The position numbers and the translations under genes were made by a program. This document shows, one piece after another, positions 23,656-37,236 of a stretch of DNA of 64,000 nt. Position 1 is the first letter of the stretch, and every line of letters begins with the position of its first letter. The notes under the pieces were generated by a model, which was given only the letters and a program-made list of their open reading frames with translations, was not told the origin of the DNA and did no database searches. Origin of the DNA: Felis catus. Taxonomy: Eukaryota. Where the stretch lies: positions 57,042,001 through 57,106,000 of the forward strand of contig NC_058368.1 of the NCBI RefSeq assembly GCF_018350175.1. Direction: 5' to 3'.

Positions 23656-26076
23656 CAGTTGGAATAACATAACTGCCTTTTGAATAAAGTTTACATTTTT
23701 TTTTTTAGGTATAGCCTCTTATTTCTCCAACATCTGTCCCTACTGTCTAATTCAAATTGATGTAGAAACACCAAAATGATTATATATTTCCCTAAACACA
23801 ATGCTTATCTTCCTGCATATGTTCACTTATTTCACCCGTTTTGAGTAGATGTCCTTACAGACATAGGTATCATCTAATATGGTTATTTTACACTCAACTT
23901 AGGAATCACTTCTCCAGGGTGCTTTACCAGTTGCCATCTACCAACTCCTTCCCATTCCAGTACCCTCAACTAATGCCAAAATAGTTGGAGTAAGATAGTT
24001 CTTAGCATTTTTATCAAACCTTATATATGTTTCCATTATGGTACTTGTACATATTTTTATAATGCTCATGTAACTGTTTTCCATGGCATGCTGTTAGTTC
24101 CTCAAAAATAATTTTATCTTTATTTATCCCCAGAACCTAGTTCCATGGTAACAACAATGTATGTGCATTTAATATTTCTTGTGGAAATTATTTGAGCAAA
24201 GTGCATATATCTGTACATGGCTTTCATAATGTACTTTTTTCTGTATATCTGTATTTACTATATTATGTGTATTCTATGAATTAAGTTATTTTCATGGTTA
24301 ACCTTAAGTAAACAATTCTTTCTCAGATGAGAAACAATGCTTGTTTTTCTCTAAATTTCCTTCATGTTCAAAATAAATCTATTCTAATTGTTCTTTGCAT
24401 GAATAAACGTGACAATCATGTGTTACCTTCTGTCAATTTGAAATGTCCTTATAGATGTTCACAGAAATATTTTGTAATTGGATTGCAACTTGGACATCTG
24501 AGGTCAAAATAACGACTATATTAATCAATCTTGACAATATTTATTTGATATAAGGTTAGATCTTTTTGTAAAGGCTAGAACGCTACAATTTTTTAAAGAT
24601 TAAGCTTGGTGGTTATACAAAAGTCATATTTATCACTCAAGATCATCAACTACTTGGTACTGAAATCTTTAATCTATTAGAATGCATCTTCATTACACTA
24701 ATTTGATTACTTTTTTTCCTCTACAGTGTATATGGAGCAAACTAGTTTTGGTCCAATAAACAGTAAGAATGTGTCTTTATAATGTCACTTATTTAGATGA
24801 TGAGTGAAAATTTCAATTACTCTAAATGCATGACCTATGTGCAATTAGAAAACTGAAACTGGAAATTTGTTTTATTTTTTAATTATAGCTAAAATTACAT
24901 AGGTCCCTGGACTCCAGCTGTAAGACGGTTAAGAGTAAAAATCAGAATCTACTAGGAGAAAAATTTTCATGAGAACTAAATGTAAGTACTCTTGTCATTA
25001 AAAATATTTTAAATCTTACATACAGAGAATGAAAAATGCTACACTTGTATCTATATCTATATATAGATATATATGCTATTTTATTTTTCTCCTAAGCCAT
25101 TTCTTTGAAATTATGTTGACATTGGTAGAATTCGCTTTACACTTGAGATTCTCCCTTTAATCTAGGCTACTTTGTCCATTTGCAGACTCTATTATGGTTG
25201 GATAGCTAATATATAATTTCTATCTTAAAAGAGTTTTATATTACCATTAGCAAAGGAAGTAAAATCTTTCAGCAGCAGCAGAAAACATGCCCTGCTCAGG
25301 ACCCTGCACAAATGCTATCAGTCAACAATATTTCTGAATGAATAAACATATGCATGAGATGAGAATCATTCAATATTACAGAACAGTTTCTGGAAATTAG
25401 CAACAGATCTATTCCATTTTATCTAGTTCCACATACATCATTTTACATGTAAATGTTTTTATATTTATAGGATTTTTGAAATATATCCTAGAAAATTCCA
25501 TGTATTTTACTGATTTTAAGGACCATCCTTAAATATTGAGTTCAAGTCCCATATCCTCATTGATCCCTCTGGCTGAAAATTAATTTTATTTAGTACTAGT
25601 GCACAACATATCATAATTTACTACTTTATTGACATCTAATTTTAACCTATGGAAATTGTGCCCATCAGTTACATAAAACGTTCTCTCAGATCACCAAAAA
25701 CAATTTATTTTTCTGTTCTATTTTTCTATTTTAACAAACAATCCATCAAATACAGCACCAAACACAAAGTGGATATATTATATATACATGACTAATTGAG
25801 TAGAAAGTGTAAGCATTTTATTAATGTGAACTTTTCTAAGAAACCATCCAAAGAAAGAAAAGATATCCTTGGGCTAATATATTTATGGGCTAATACATTT
25901 AAACAATCTGAATAATGACTCTCCGTTTGTAGATTTCGACTTATTCATTGACATTGAAATGAAATTTGTAGATGTTGCTATATCAATTTAATATGGAGAA
26001 AGAAGAAAGGCAGTGACAGATAATATGAATATTGCCCCTATAAAGAGTATTAGCTCTAAACCAAAATGCTTAGATT

Positions 26077-26272
26077 TTTTCGGTCTATTTATTTTGAGAG
26101 AGAGAGTGCATGCAAGTAGGGGAGGGGCAGAGAGTGGGGGGAGAGAGAGTCCCAAGCAGGCTCTGTCAGTGCAGACCCAGAGGTGGCTCCATCTCACCAA
26201 CCGAACTGTGAGGTCATGACCTGAGCCAAGATCAAGAGGCTGACACTTCACTGACTGAGCCACCTAGCTGAC
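26077..26272 (-). mobile_element. CanSINE, older
   Basis: Reverse SINE; imperfect TSD ccaaaatgcttagatt / ccaaaatacctggatt. Confidence 0.9.
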
Positions 26273-27507
26273 CCAAAATACCTGGATTCCTAATCGCACC
26301 TGTCAATATTAGCTCTTTTATCTTGGGCATATTATCTAACTTCTGTGACTTAAAATCTTTATCCATAAACCTTTGATAATTTATAACCATTTATACACAT
26401 TTTCGGTACAAAATAAATGGGGAATAAATGAAACAGCCAGAAATTAAATATTCAAATATTTACCAAATACTTGTGTGTATATATACAATATATATATGCA
26501 CTAGATATATAATATATATAGTACAGTATAGAGTTAGTTATGAACTGTATATATGTATATAAATATACATGTATTCTATAGTTTACTCTATATTGTAATC
26601 ACCATAATATTGTGCCATTCTTAGAAATGCTTTCAAGACTAGTTGAGAAGTTGTTTTGGGGCTCTAGTTAGAGAAGATATCAAGTCAGCCTCTGGGAAAG
26701 AATTCACTCTCATGGAAAGGTAGTTACAGTATTTAGTATAAGCCAGGAAAAATCCTCAGGGTCAGAAAGAATAGTTAAGTACTGAAGAGCATGAGTCATT
26801 TAGGTCACCTTCTGACTCAGCCTGAAGGGGCTGATGCTTGAACCCTAGAGGAAAAATGTCACTAAAATACGTCTGACCTTTAGAGGAAAAAAAGTGCCAT
26901 GGCTCTGTCGCCTACTTAACCAAGGATTATTGAGGATTAATTAGGATTATTGCTGGAAAATGATGACATAGACACAACCATGAGATATAATCCATAATGT
27001 AGAACACCAACAAGGCTTATTTGTTTTTGAGGCACTCATTAAAGAGGCAGCTGTCACATACGCTTTGTAGCGGTTTAGAGCTGATGTTGGGTTCAGTGAT
27101 TTCTTAGCATTCTTGGTAGTACTTGCAGCTTCCCGTCATCAATAGCATAAGTTATTCATACCAGGAAGCATATGAAGAGAAAAAAAGTAGACACCACATG
27201 GCAATTCATTAAACATTATATGATCTTCCTAGAAGTTTTAAATAGCAGGATAGAAATGAAACATAGGTTTCCCTTCTGATGCAGTGCTGTTTGTACTATA
27301 CTTGTCTACCATATTCACCTGGATTTTCATATCTTGCTGATCATCAAAGTCATTTGGAAGATATTTTAAAAATCTATTATATTGAGTCATTGACATTTTA
27401 ATTGATAACAAGTCCAGGAAATCCTAGTTCTTCGAGTCTTTCTGAACATGAGACAGCCGCTCACTTAGACTATAAAGGATTCTTTAAGCTTCTGCTACTC
27501 ATCCAGC

Positions 27508-29649
27508 TTTGGAACCAGCCAGCCTAGGTAAGCATCCTAGTTCAGCCATGTAATTAACTGTCTTGTCTGGAACAACTTTTCAAAACCTCATAATACTCCT
27601 CTTCGATTATACCTATTTAGCACAGTGTTGTTTAAAAAATTAGAGATAATTTGGCATGTCATAAATAACCTATAAATGACATCTTTTATAAGGCCATTCA
27701 AGTTGGTCTCATAAAAATTGTCCCAGCATATGAGGTAAATTTAAAAGCCTTTTTAAATCAATGAATATATTCATCATCATATATGGTACATTTAAAAATC
27801 ATTTATTTCCTTATAACATATTTTTATAATTAGGATAGGCTATATCGTTGCAACCCACAACAAAGTATAATTAATTCTAAAATATTAACATTGGGGTGCC
27901 TGGGTGGCTCAGTTGGTTAAGTGTCCAACTTCAGCTCAGGTCATGATCTCATGGTTCGTGAGTTCCAGCCCTGCATTGGGCTCTGTGCTGACAGCTCAGA
28001 ACCTGGAGCCTGCTTGGGATTCTGTGTCTCCCTCTCTCACTGTTCCTCCCCCACTTGTGCTCTGTCTCTCTCTTGTCTCTCAAAAATAAATAAATGTTAA
28101 AAAAGTTAAAAATTAACATTGAAATTAATGGAATTTTACAGAATTGTAATTCTATGTGAGTTAAAAAATAAGATATTAAATAAAACACTTTCACAAGTAA
28201 ACTACTTAGCTTATTGAATTACATACCGAGTATTACTATTTATTATTTTAATTCTATGAAAATTCTATCTAGTGATTTCTACAATTACATATTTTTATTG
28301 CTACTGAAAAATCAAGTCCAGATATCTTCAGGAATAGGTAAATTAAATCTTTTAGTTGATTTTCCTAGTCTTTAGAATTTTGATGAGTCATAAAATATAA
28401 GTGACTTGGATTCTCAGTTAGCAAAGTACTATTTATTTATGTTTTATTTCTATTTTGTAAAAATTAGTCCAATATATTAAATTAAAACATTATGTGAAAA
28501 ATACTTAACCTAGTCCTGTATCTTCCTATAAACCAACATAAGGTTGAAAATGATAGAGACTTATAATATTGGATTTTTCTGTTCTTTTTGGAAGGGGTTT
28601 ATAGAAACTGGAGCAATGCCTTAAATATGTTTACCATAAACACATGTGTGTGTGCATTTGAAAAAAACTTTCTTTATTGATGGCATAAATAAATTTGACT
28701 TCATTGCCATTTCAATCAATTTATACCATTCATAAAAAATATTATGAAGAGGCATTTTTATAAATATATAAGCATAAATTTTTTAATATAGAAACAATGA
28801 CATATACATTTAAATGTTGTTTGTGAAGATACATGTTTTTTCTTCCAAAACTTAGCTAAGAGCTTTAGGAAAAAAATAACTAAAGAGATTTTTTATTCTT
28901 TCAATTCTTCATCATCCTAATTTATAATGTTCTTGGCCAAGATTTAAAATGTAATCAGTATCAGTATTCAATAGGATTCTGAGAATCAGCAGATATTGTC
29001 CTAATATTGCCTCAAACTTTGGCAATCCGTTTTATTACAAAGAATCCAAAATACAGTAAGTAATGTATTTGAAAGTTATAGTTAAATTTCTATTTTATCA
29101 AATAGCAAAAACAACAACAACAACAAATAAATTGAATTACAATCAACAGACTGAATATGCCTGCCATTCAGATTATGTAAGGATAAAAAATATGTTTCTG
29201 ATCATGAATGGAAACAAACATAGAAGGATAAAGAAGACAAAGATACAGTTTTTGTATTTAAGGTGTCTTAAATAAAAGATAGAAGCTAATACCTAATTTA
29301 ATAGAAAGGAGGCTAAATTATCTTTATACTACAGGTATAAATAATTCCAGTTGATTATAAAAGATAGAATTATTCATCTGGGTAAGGAACTAGAATCTCA
29401 GTAAAGAGATTTGGGTTCAACTTCATAAAATAACAGGTTTTGACTAGAGAGGAGGGAAAAGAAGGGATGAGTTTTAGATATTTGGAAGAAGCTAAACTAA
29501 GTAAGCATCCTAATCCAGCCATATAATTAGCTGTCTGGTCTGGGACATCTTTTCGGACCCTCATAATACTCATCTTCAACTAGACTTATTTAGCACAGTG
29601 CTGTTAAGATCACAGATAATTTGGCACGTCATAAATACTAAAAAAGACA
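27508..29649. repeat. Dispersed diverged direct repeat of ~170 bp (27508-27680 and 29481-29649), MIR-like
   Basis: Colinear shared blocks gtaagcatccta, cagccat.taatta.ctgtct, cctcataatactc.tcttc, tatttagcacagtg, agataatttggca.gtcataaata. Confidence 0.85.
27893..28110 (+). mobile_element. CanSINE (SINEC_Fc-type)
   Basis: Full SINE; TSD core attaacattg on both sides. Confidence 0.95.
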
Positions 29650-29938
29650 GATTTGAGTATAACAATCAGAAGCATTGAAAGGTATAGCAACATAGTCCAG
29701 AAGGCCTTGTATATAAATTAAGGAGTTTTTTTTTTTAATACTCACTAAACAGTTGTGAAAGGAATGGCTTAATCTAAACTGTGTATAGGACAATAAACAC
29801 CATATAAAGAAATATAAACAAACTAAGAGATTGGATTTTGAGTAGACCACTACTAGGTAAGGGATTATGAAATCTTAAATGAGCAATGGAGGTGGGTGGG
29901 AACAAGGAAGTACGATGAAACAATTTCGTGCATTCTTT

Positions 29939-30159
29939 TAAAAAATCATTATTTTTAATATTTACTTATTTTTGAGACAGAGAGAGACAGAGTGTGAGCA
30001 GGGTAGGGGCAGAGAGAGAGGGAGACACAGAATCAGAAACAGGCTGCAGGCTCTCAGCTGTCAGCACAGAGCCTGATGTGGGGCTCGAACCCATGAATGG
30101 CAAGATCATGACCTGAGATGAAGATGGACACTTAACCAACTGAGCCACCCAGCCACCCC
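29939..30159 (-). mobile_element. CanSINE (SINEC_Fc-type)
   Basis: TSD aattt(c/a)gtgcattcttt at 29922-29938 and 30161-30177. Confidence 0.95.
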
Positions 30160-30435
30160 AAATTTAGTGCATTCTTTAATGTGAGGGTTAAAAGGTGACT
30201 TTGAGATTTCTAGTGTCAGTGTTGGAAAGGATATGACAACTCTAAAGTACTAATTTACAAAAATCAAAATCAATCTAAGACTTCTACAAAAATGTAGTTT
30301 TCTAAAAATCTACCAACAAATGCTAAAGTATTTGGTTTTAGGAGTTTGCTTTATAAAATCAAAACCTGAAAGAAAAAAAATCAAAACCTGTATAAATTTC
30401 AACATATTAGAGATCTAAGCACAATGTAATTTTAA

Positions 30436-31120
30436 TTTTTTTTTATTTCAAGTTTTATTTAAATTCTAGTTAACATATATGGCAAAATTGGTTTCAGATA
30501 TAGAATTTAATGATTCATCACTTACATATAACACCCAGTACTCATCACAAGTGCCCATCAGAGGCAAGGGAAGCAAAAGCAAAAATGAACCATTGGGACT
30601 TCATCAAGATAAAAAGCTTCTGCACAGCAAAGGAAACAATCAACAAAACTAAAAGACAACCTAGGGAATGGGAGAAGATATTTTCAAATGACATATCTGA
30701 TAAAGGATTGGTATTCAAAATCTATAAAGCACTTATCAAACTCAACACCCCGAAACCAAATAATCCAGTGAAGAAATGGGCAGAAGATATGAACATTTTT
30801 CCAAAGAAGACATTCAGATGACTAACAGACACATGGAAAGATGCCCAACATCACTCATGATCAAGGAAATACAAATCAAAACCACAATGAGATATCACAT
30901 GACACCTGTCAGAATGGCTAAAATTAACAACACAGGAAACGACAAGTGTTGGTGAGTATGCAGAGAATGGGGAATTATCTTGTGCTGTTGGTGGGAATGC
31001 AAACTGATGCAGACACTCTGGGAAACAGTAGGAGGTTTCTCAAAAAGTTAAAAATAGAATTACCCTATGACCCAGCAATTGCACTACTAGATACTTATGC
31101 AAAGAATACAAAAATACTCA
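30436..31120 (-). mobile_element. 5'-truncated, 5'-inverted carnivore L1
   Basis: 30436-30556 is the L1 3' end and poly(A) on the minus strand; 30557-31120 is the ORF2 C-terminal region on the plus strand ([32 protein letters not shown]). Confidence 0.88.
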
Positions 31121-31210
31121 ATATTCATATGTATATTCATATATATCCATATGTATATTCATATATATTCACATGTATATTCATATGTATTTTCATATAT
31201 ATTCATATAT
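31121..31210. repeat. AT-rich minisatellite (ATATTCATAT[GT])n
   Basis: About 8 visible units of 10-12 bp. Confidence 0.9.
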
Positions 31211-32755
31211 GAGTGACTTTAATTTAAAGAAAAGAGATTTAATTGCAGCCCTGCAGAAAATACCATCTTCACTGTTCAATCTCAAATATGATTATGATAT
31301 ATCCCCATGTTAAAAGTTACTAATTCTTAGGAATATTAGGTGGCATGATTCAGTTTAGTATGTTAAGAAACTTTCTCACCCTAGTGTTTATTCAGTGGTT
31401 ATTTTTTCAAGCCATTACTTCCTAACAGAAAGTATGAGGGCATGTATGACATTTGCTGTGGATACCTGTAAATATCTCAAAATTAGGAAATTATTATCTA
31501 TATATTAGATGCAAACGGGTCGAATGGTACGAGAATAAAAACAATTTAGAGAAAATTCCCAGCTTTAATTGTACTTAAACTCTTCAATCTCCCTATACTA
31601 AAAATGTAACAAAACAGCCTTTACTTAGCTTAAGTTTCTCTGCTTCAGTATGGTCTCCTACACAGATGCCAGGGAGATATCAAATGGCCAAACCTTTGCA
31701 AAATAAGAATTAAAGAAAATAAAATGAAAGGGCTGCTGAATTAAAACTAAATTACAAACTCATGGATGGTAAGTTTTATGGATTCATTGAACTATTTACC
31801 AATTCTTAACATAAGTCATTTTAGGAAATGAAATGCTTAAGACTATATTTTTATGGCTCTATTTATTCACTAATTTTATGACTTTGGAAAGGTTATTGAT
31901 CTCTTTTTCTATGTATCTTACAGGCTTTATGACATAAGGATACTGAACCTGAAAGCAATGAGTAAAATGTGAATTTCTTTGCTTATACTAACCTTGAAAA
32001 TTATTAATGCTAATAATTGGAAAGGAGTCACAGAAAATGGTGAATCCAGATTCAAACCAGTATACTTTGTAAAGTCAACTTTGTTAGTCTACCTAAAAAT
32101 TGATGTTATTCTTCAGTACCCTGAAAACCCTTGAAGATGTGAACTTTTGAAACATACCCTAAAGGTACTATTGATGGAATAAGAATCCAATGTGTTTGTG
32201 GTTCTCTGGTTTGACCTCATCTTTTTTCCACGTTACTAGGCTTAGCTACATCAGCTGGAATATGTAAGAAAGTAAAAATTGAATTAAACTAAGTAAATTT
32301 GATTAAACATTCAGGTGGGAAAAATTAACATGAGGATCCAATTTGAAGAGAGAGTGAATAGAAGCCTTATTATAATGCCAAGAGTCTATGATGCGCCCAG
32401 CAAAGTACCTGGCCCTTAAACCATCCTTCAGTTTTCACTATTTTCCAATAGATGCTGTTACTAACAATCTTTTTATAGAGGAGAAATGTGAGACCCTGCA
32501 AACATCATTAGTTAATTAAAAGTTACCCAGCTAGGACACAGAAGGCCCAGGTTCTAATGTGGAAATGTCAGAGGCAGCATAGAGTATTTACATGAATTTA
32601 AGTCAGTTTTCACCTATAATTCCAAGATTTCTCTGACAAGGGCGGGGTGTCTGGTGACTATGCCCAGCTTTTCCTTCTATTTTTGAATCTCAGCTATTTA
32701 TTCAGCAAATGTGATATCACTTTTATGTGACTAGGATTAAATTCAGAATCAGTGA

Positions 32756-32963
32756 GGGGCGCCTGGGTGGCTCAGTCGGTTAAGCGTCTGACTTCGGCTC
32801 AGGTCATGATCTCTCGGTCCCTGAGTTCGAGCCCCGTGTCGGGCTCTGTGCTGACAGCTCAGAGCCTGGAGCCTGTTTCAGATTCTGTGTCTCCCTCTCT
32901 CTGACCCTCCCTTGTTCATGCTCTGTCTCTGCCTCAAAAATAAATAAAACATTAAAAAAATTA
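32756..32963 (+). mobile_element. CanSINE (SINEC_Fc)
   Basis: TSD aaattca(g/t)aatcagtg at 32739-32754 and 32964-32979. Confidence 0.96.
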
Positions 32964-33929
32964 AAATTCATAATCAGTGCCCCCACATTCAAATTAATCA
33001 ATTGTCGAAGTAAGATCTTTCTCTGTTGGCTTCCTATTTAATCCTAATAAAAAACTGAAGTGAACAGCACAATTCCTACACTATTAACTCTAAATTGAGA
33101 CTTTGAGAATTTTTCATTTCAAGGTCTTCATAGTTTTATCTTCTCAGCCACTGTATCCAATTTTAAAAAAATTAATATGAACTAGGTTAGTAATACAACT
33201 GTACAATTATATTTCAGCATGTGTACTTTTCTGGATATCCATTCTTGTCTGTCATTAGTATTGGTTTGCATGATTTAGAACATTCAACATTAATTAGAGC
33301 CCTGAAAATTGGCTGTGCATGCTAAAATGTGGCTACTCATAACTTCGCAGAGATTTTCAAGCACCTTACTTTGCTCTTATCTGGCTCTTTGATTTATCTT
33401 TGATGCAGTCCACCATCTATATAAAATTTAGAGATTGATTTATCTATTAAATTTCTGAAGGAGGTAAAAGCAGTTCATCATTTTTCTTCTGCTTAAAAGT
33501 GTTAGATCTACATTAAGATCATTTTCCATTTCTCTTGGGCCTTTTAAAATTGTGTTCTAAGGTGAGAACAATGAATTAGCTGACAGAAAAAGGTTTTACC
33601 TGCACTGCCAACCTTACAGTACACGATAAAAGGATCTTATGTAGTTTTTATGCAGCCCATAATGGCTGCTGGCAGGCACCTGTGACAGACAAGGGCCAGA
33701 TATCACCTTTATTTCACAGATCTCACAAAACAGCTAGCGAATTAAGGAAGGAGATAAAGTGAAGGATGAGAACTCCAACTCACTTCGTTTAGAAGGGACA
33801 TGGCTTACATTTGTCTTTTCACCTTTGGAAAAAAATTGCAGAATGCAATAAATCAAACTTTTCACAAGTTGAAATGGCTTGAATATTTCTTGAAACGGTA
33901 AGAAGTGTGTTGCAAAATTAAGACTCTTA

Positions 33930-34245
33930 CTACATAAAATGAATTTAGGATGAGCCTTGGAAACGTTGGGCTAAGTGAAGGAAGCCAGATAAAAGGCCAT
34001 ATATTATGATCCTATTTATATGTAATGCCCAGAATAGGCAAATCAATAAAGATAGAAAGTGGATTAGTGGTTGCCAGGAATTGGGGGAAAGACATTGAAG
34101 GGTAGGTGCCAATGAGAAGAGGTTTCATTTTAGGGTGATGAATATTTTTTAGAATTAAATAATGGTTGTGGTTGTACCACTTTAGTAAAACCACATGAAT
34201 TGGACACTTTACAAGACTGAATATTATGGTATCTGAACTACTTTT
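33930..34245 (+). mobile_element. Old L1M 3' UTR fragment
   Basis: gctaagtgaaggaagccaga..ggccatatattatgat..agaaagtggattagtggttgccagg. Confidence 0.8.
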
Positions 34246-35642
34246 TCTTCCAAAAATGGCCTTAGACACACTCTGAAGATGTTGGAAGCTAAAAATCTAC
34301 ATGAAAGAAATGTCAATTTGACCACAAGCTAGGTAGTCTAAGTTTAATAAGAGTACATATTCTGAAGATAATTATTTTTAGACACTTTAAATACACCTAA
34401 AGTAAAATATTTCAGACAGTAGGCAAAGCATGAAGTCCTAGAGTTTTCACATATATTTCTTTTTTATCGTATGAGGTTGAAACCCAGTAGTCCCAAAACG
34501 CTTAGCCTATAAGTACTGAAGAGTTTACTTTTACAAGACAAACACATAAAATAGCTAACAGATTAAAAACTAGAAAAGCAACAGGGACCAGAGTCAAACA
34601 TTAGAATTTCTATTATTCTAATTTTTATTTTCTAGTATGGAAATATACTTCAATGACTTAATATTATTAATTCTGAAGTAGATAATTCCATGACTGAAAG
34701 AATATAGCTTCTCTCTCTCTCTCTTTTGGAGATATCTAAAAAGCTTTATTTTAATGAAATGGTACATTAAAACTGATTTTTACAAATAAGACCATTAAGT
34801 TTATATGGTAGTATTATAGCAGCTTAATGTGATGTGGTTAAATATAATGTTTATTGAGAGACAGTTGCATGTATGGCTTCCTCCGAACTTAATCCACCAC
34901 TCTCTCTACACACACACACATTTCAAATGCCACTGAAAGCACAAGACAGCAATGTAGAGACTCCGGCAAAAAAAATGTGTAGCCCTCAAACAAATCCCCG
35001 TGTTCTGTGTTTCTCGGTAGAAAAATTCAAACAAAGCATCTTATTTTCTATACCTGCACTGTATACAAGTTTAATTGCACATGAAAATAAATGTTTTACA
35101 TTTTGGTTTACAGTTATTTAATTTTATTTGCTAACCTATCTTTTGAACAACAAAGTGGAAATGTGATTCAGTATCCGGTATTTTATAAAATGAAGAGTGA
35201 AAGAATTAAAGGGAGAAACATCAAAGGAGAGTACCAGAAAGAATAAGACTATTTTTACCTTGACAATATGGAAATGGTTTTAGGTACCATTTAATGAGCA
35301 TCTATTAGAAACCAAGTTTTGCTTATTTACAATGTCAAATCATCAATCCTTTTATTATACCTACAATTCATTATAAAAAATCCTATCATACCTACAATTT
35401 ATTATAAAAAAAAGTTCAACCTGAGCTATAAAACAGTATTCCCAAAGTCATGTAAATTTGTAAGTTAACATTTAATGGCAAGGGGTGGCAGGAAGTTAAC
35501 ATTTAATGAGATTAGAACATATGTCAGTTTGAATAAACTCCACCATATTATACTACTGATTATGACACACACATGTGTGCACATGTGTGGAAAAATAAAA
35601 ATTACTGAAAGTCCTCCCCTCCCTCTAAATGGGGCAAATATA

Positions 35643-35852
35643 GGGGTGCCTGGGTGGCTCAATTAAGCATCTCGCTTCAACTCAGGTCATGATCTCAAAG
35701 TCTGTGAGTTCGAGTCCTGCCTTGGGCTTTGTGCTGACTGCTCAGAGACTGGAGCACGTTTTGGATTCTGTGTCTGCCTCTCTCTCTGCCCCTCCCCTCT
35801 CATGCTCTGTCTCTCTCTCCTTCAAAAATAAAAATAAAAACATTAAATAAAT
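35643..35852 (+). mobile_element. CanSINE
   Basis: TSD aaat(g/a)gggcaaatat at 35627-35641 and 35853-35867. Confidence 0.94.
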
Positions 35853-36679
35853 AAATAGGGCAAATATTTATAAAACATACTCTATAAAATTTGGCATTTA
35901 AATGATGATTTACAGAGCTATTTTATAATCACTCAGTTGACCATATTTAAATTAAAGGCAAATAATATATTTAAGCCATCTATCACCTACAAAGTTGGAA
36001 TGCACAAGTTACTCTAGCATAGTGGTACACAGCAGCATGAAACACCATGGGTGGAGCATATTTAAACAGCAGGGTAACATTAAAAGCCATTTATTTCAGT
36101 TCAGGTAGTGTTGTAGGTCATGTAGTTACTATAATTTCTGGTGAAAGACAATATTGTATAATAAATCATTAATGAGAATGATAGTAGTGTTACGTAGAAT
36201 GCATTTATCAAATTTGAAGGGAAAATGGCATCTTTCTCAAAAGGAATTACACATTAATAATGTATATATTAATTGATGTACATTAAATTATAAATATACT
36301 CCTGTTGGAAGCACAGAGTGGTTACATACACATATTCTAGGTATCTCAGTATATCCTGTCTTAATATTTGAATATGGTAAAATACAGTGCTCAGTGTTTT
36401 TAGAATTTAAAAACATCGCAATACATCTTCCTCATAATCTGCATGAAGTATTTATAGTTATCAACATCAAGTTTTATGTCTGTATTTTAACAATTTACCT
36501 ATCCATTATTGTTCTTAGGACATTAATGATATGTTCTACCATGGTATCTTTAAATATCCATTAAAATACATTCTTCACATACCAAGAACATTTTTCTGTG
36601 TACACTACCATTAGAAAAACTACAGTATTACTTTAATGTGTTTTATGAAAAAGCCATTCCAGATTAAAGAACACTAATG

Positions 36680-36895
36680 GGGGCATCTGGGTGGCTCAGT
36701 CGGTTAAGCTTCTGACTTCAGGTCAGGTTCTGATCTCGTGGTCTGTGAATTTGAATCCCACATTGGGCTCTGTGCTGACAGCTCAGAGCCTGGAGCCTGC
36801 TTCAGATTTTGTGTTTCCTTCTCTCTCTCTGCCTCTCTCCCTCTCTCTCTCTCTCTAAATAAAAAAAAAAAAAAAAAGAAGAAGAAAGAAAGAAC
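36680..36895 (+). mobile_element. CanSINE (left member of a tandem pair)
   Basis: SINE body with A/GAA tail. Confidence 0.93.
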
Positions 36896-36916
36896 AAAAA
36901 ATGCTAATGGGATTCT

Positions 36917-37101
36917 GGGGTGTCTGGGTGGCTCAGCTGGTGAAGCACCTGACTCGATTTCAGCTCAGGTCATGATATCACAGTTCCATTAGTGAGATTG
37001 AGCTCGGCATCCAGCTCTACACTGACAACACAGATCCTGCTTAGGATTCTCTCTCTCTCTTTCTCAAAAATAAATAAATAAACATGAAAAAAAAGTTTTT
37101 T
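36917..37101 (+). mobile_element. CanSINE (right member of a tandem pair)
   Basis: Flanked by aatgctaatgggatt on both sides. Confidence 0.92.
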
Positions 37102-37236
37102 AAAGAATGCTAATGGGATTTTGATACCGTGATAAAGGTTGATGTTGTAAAAAACTGATACAATAACAAACGTTTTTGGCTAGAATTTAAACAAAGCAAA
37201 ACTAAGTCTCATAAATATTTAAGAAAATTAAGTCTT

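Noticed and set aside
31121..31210. Short repeat array as CRISPR-like
   Set aside because: No unique spacers, low complexity, mammalian context
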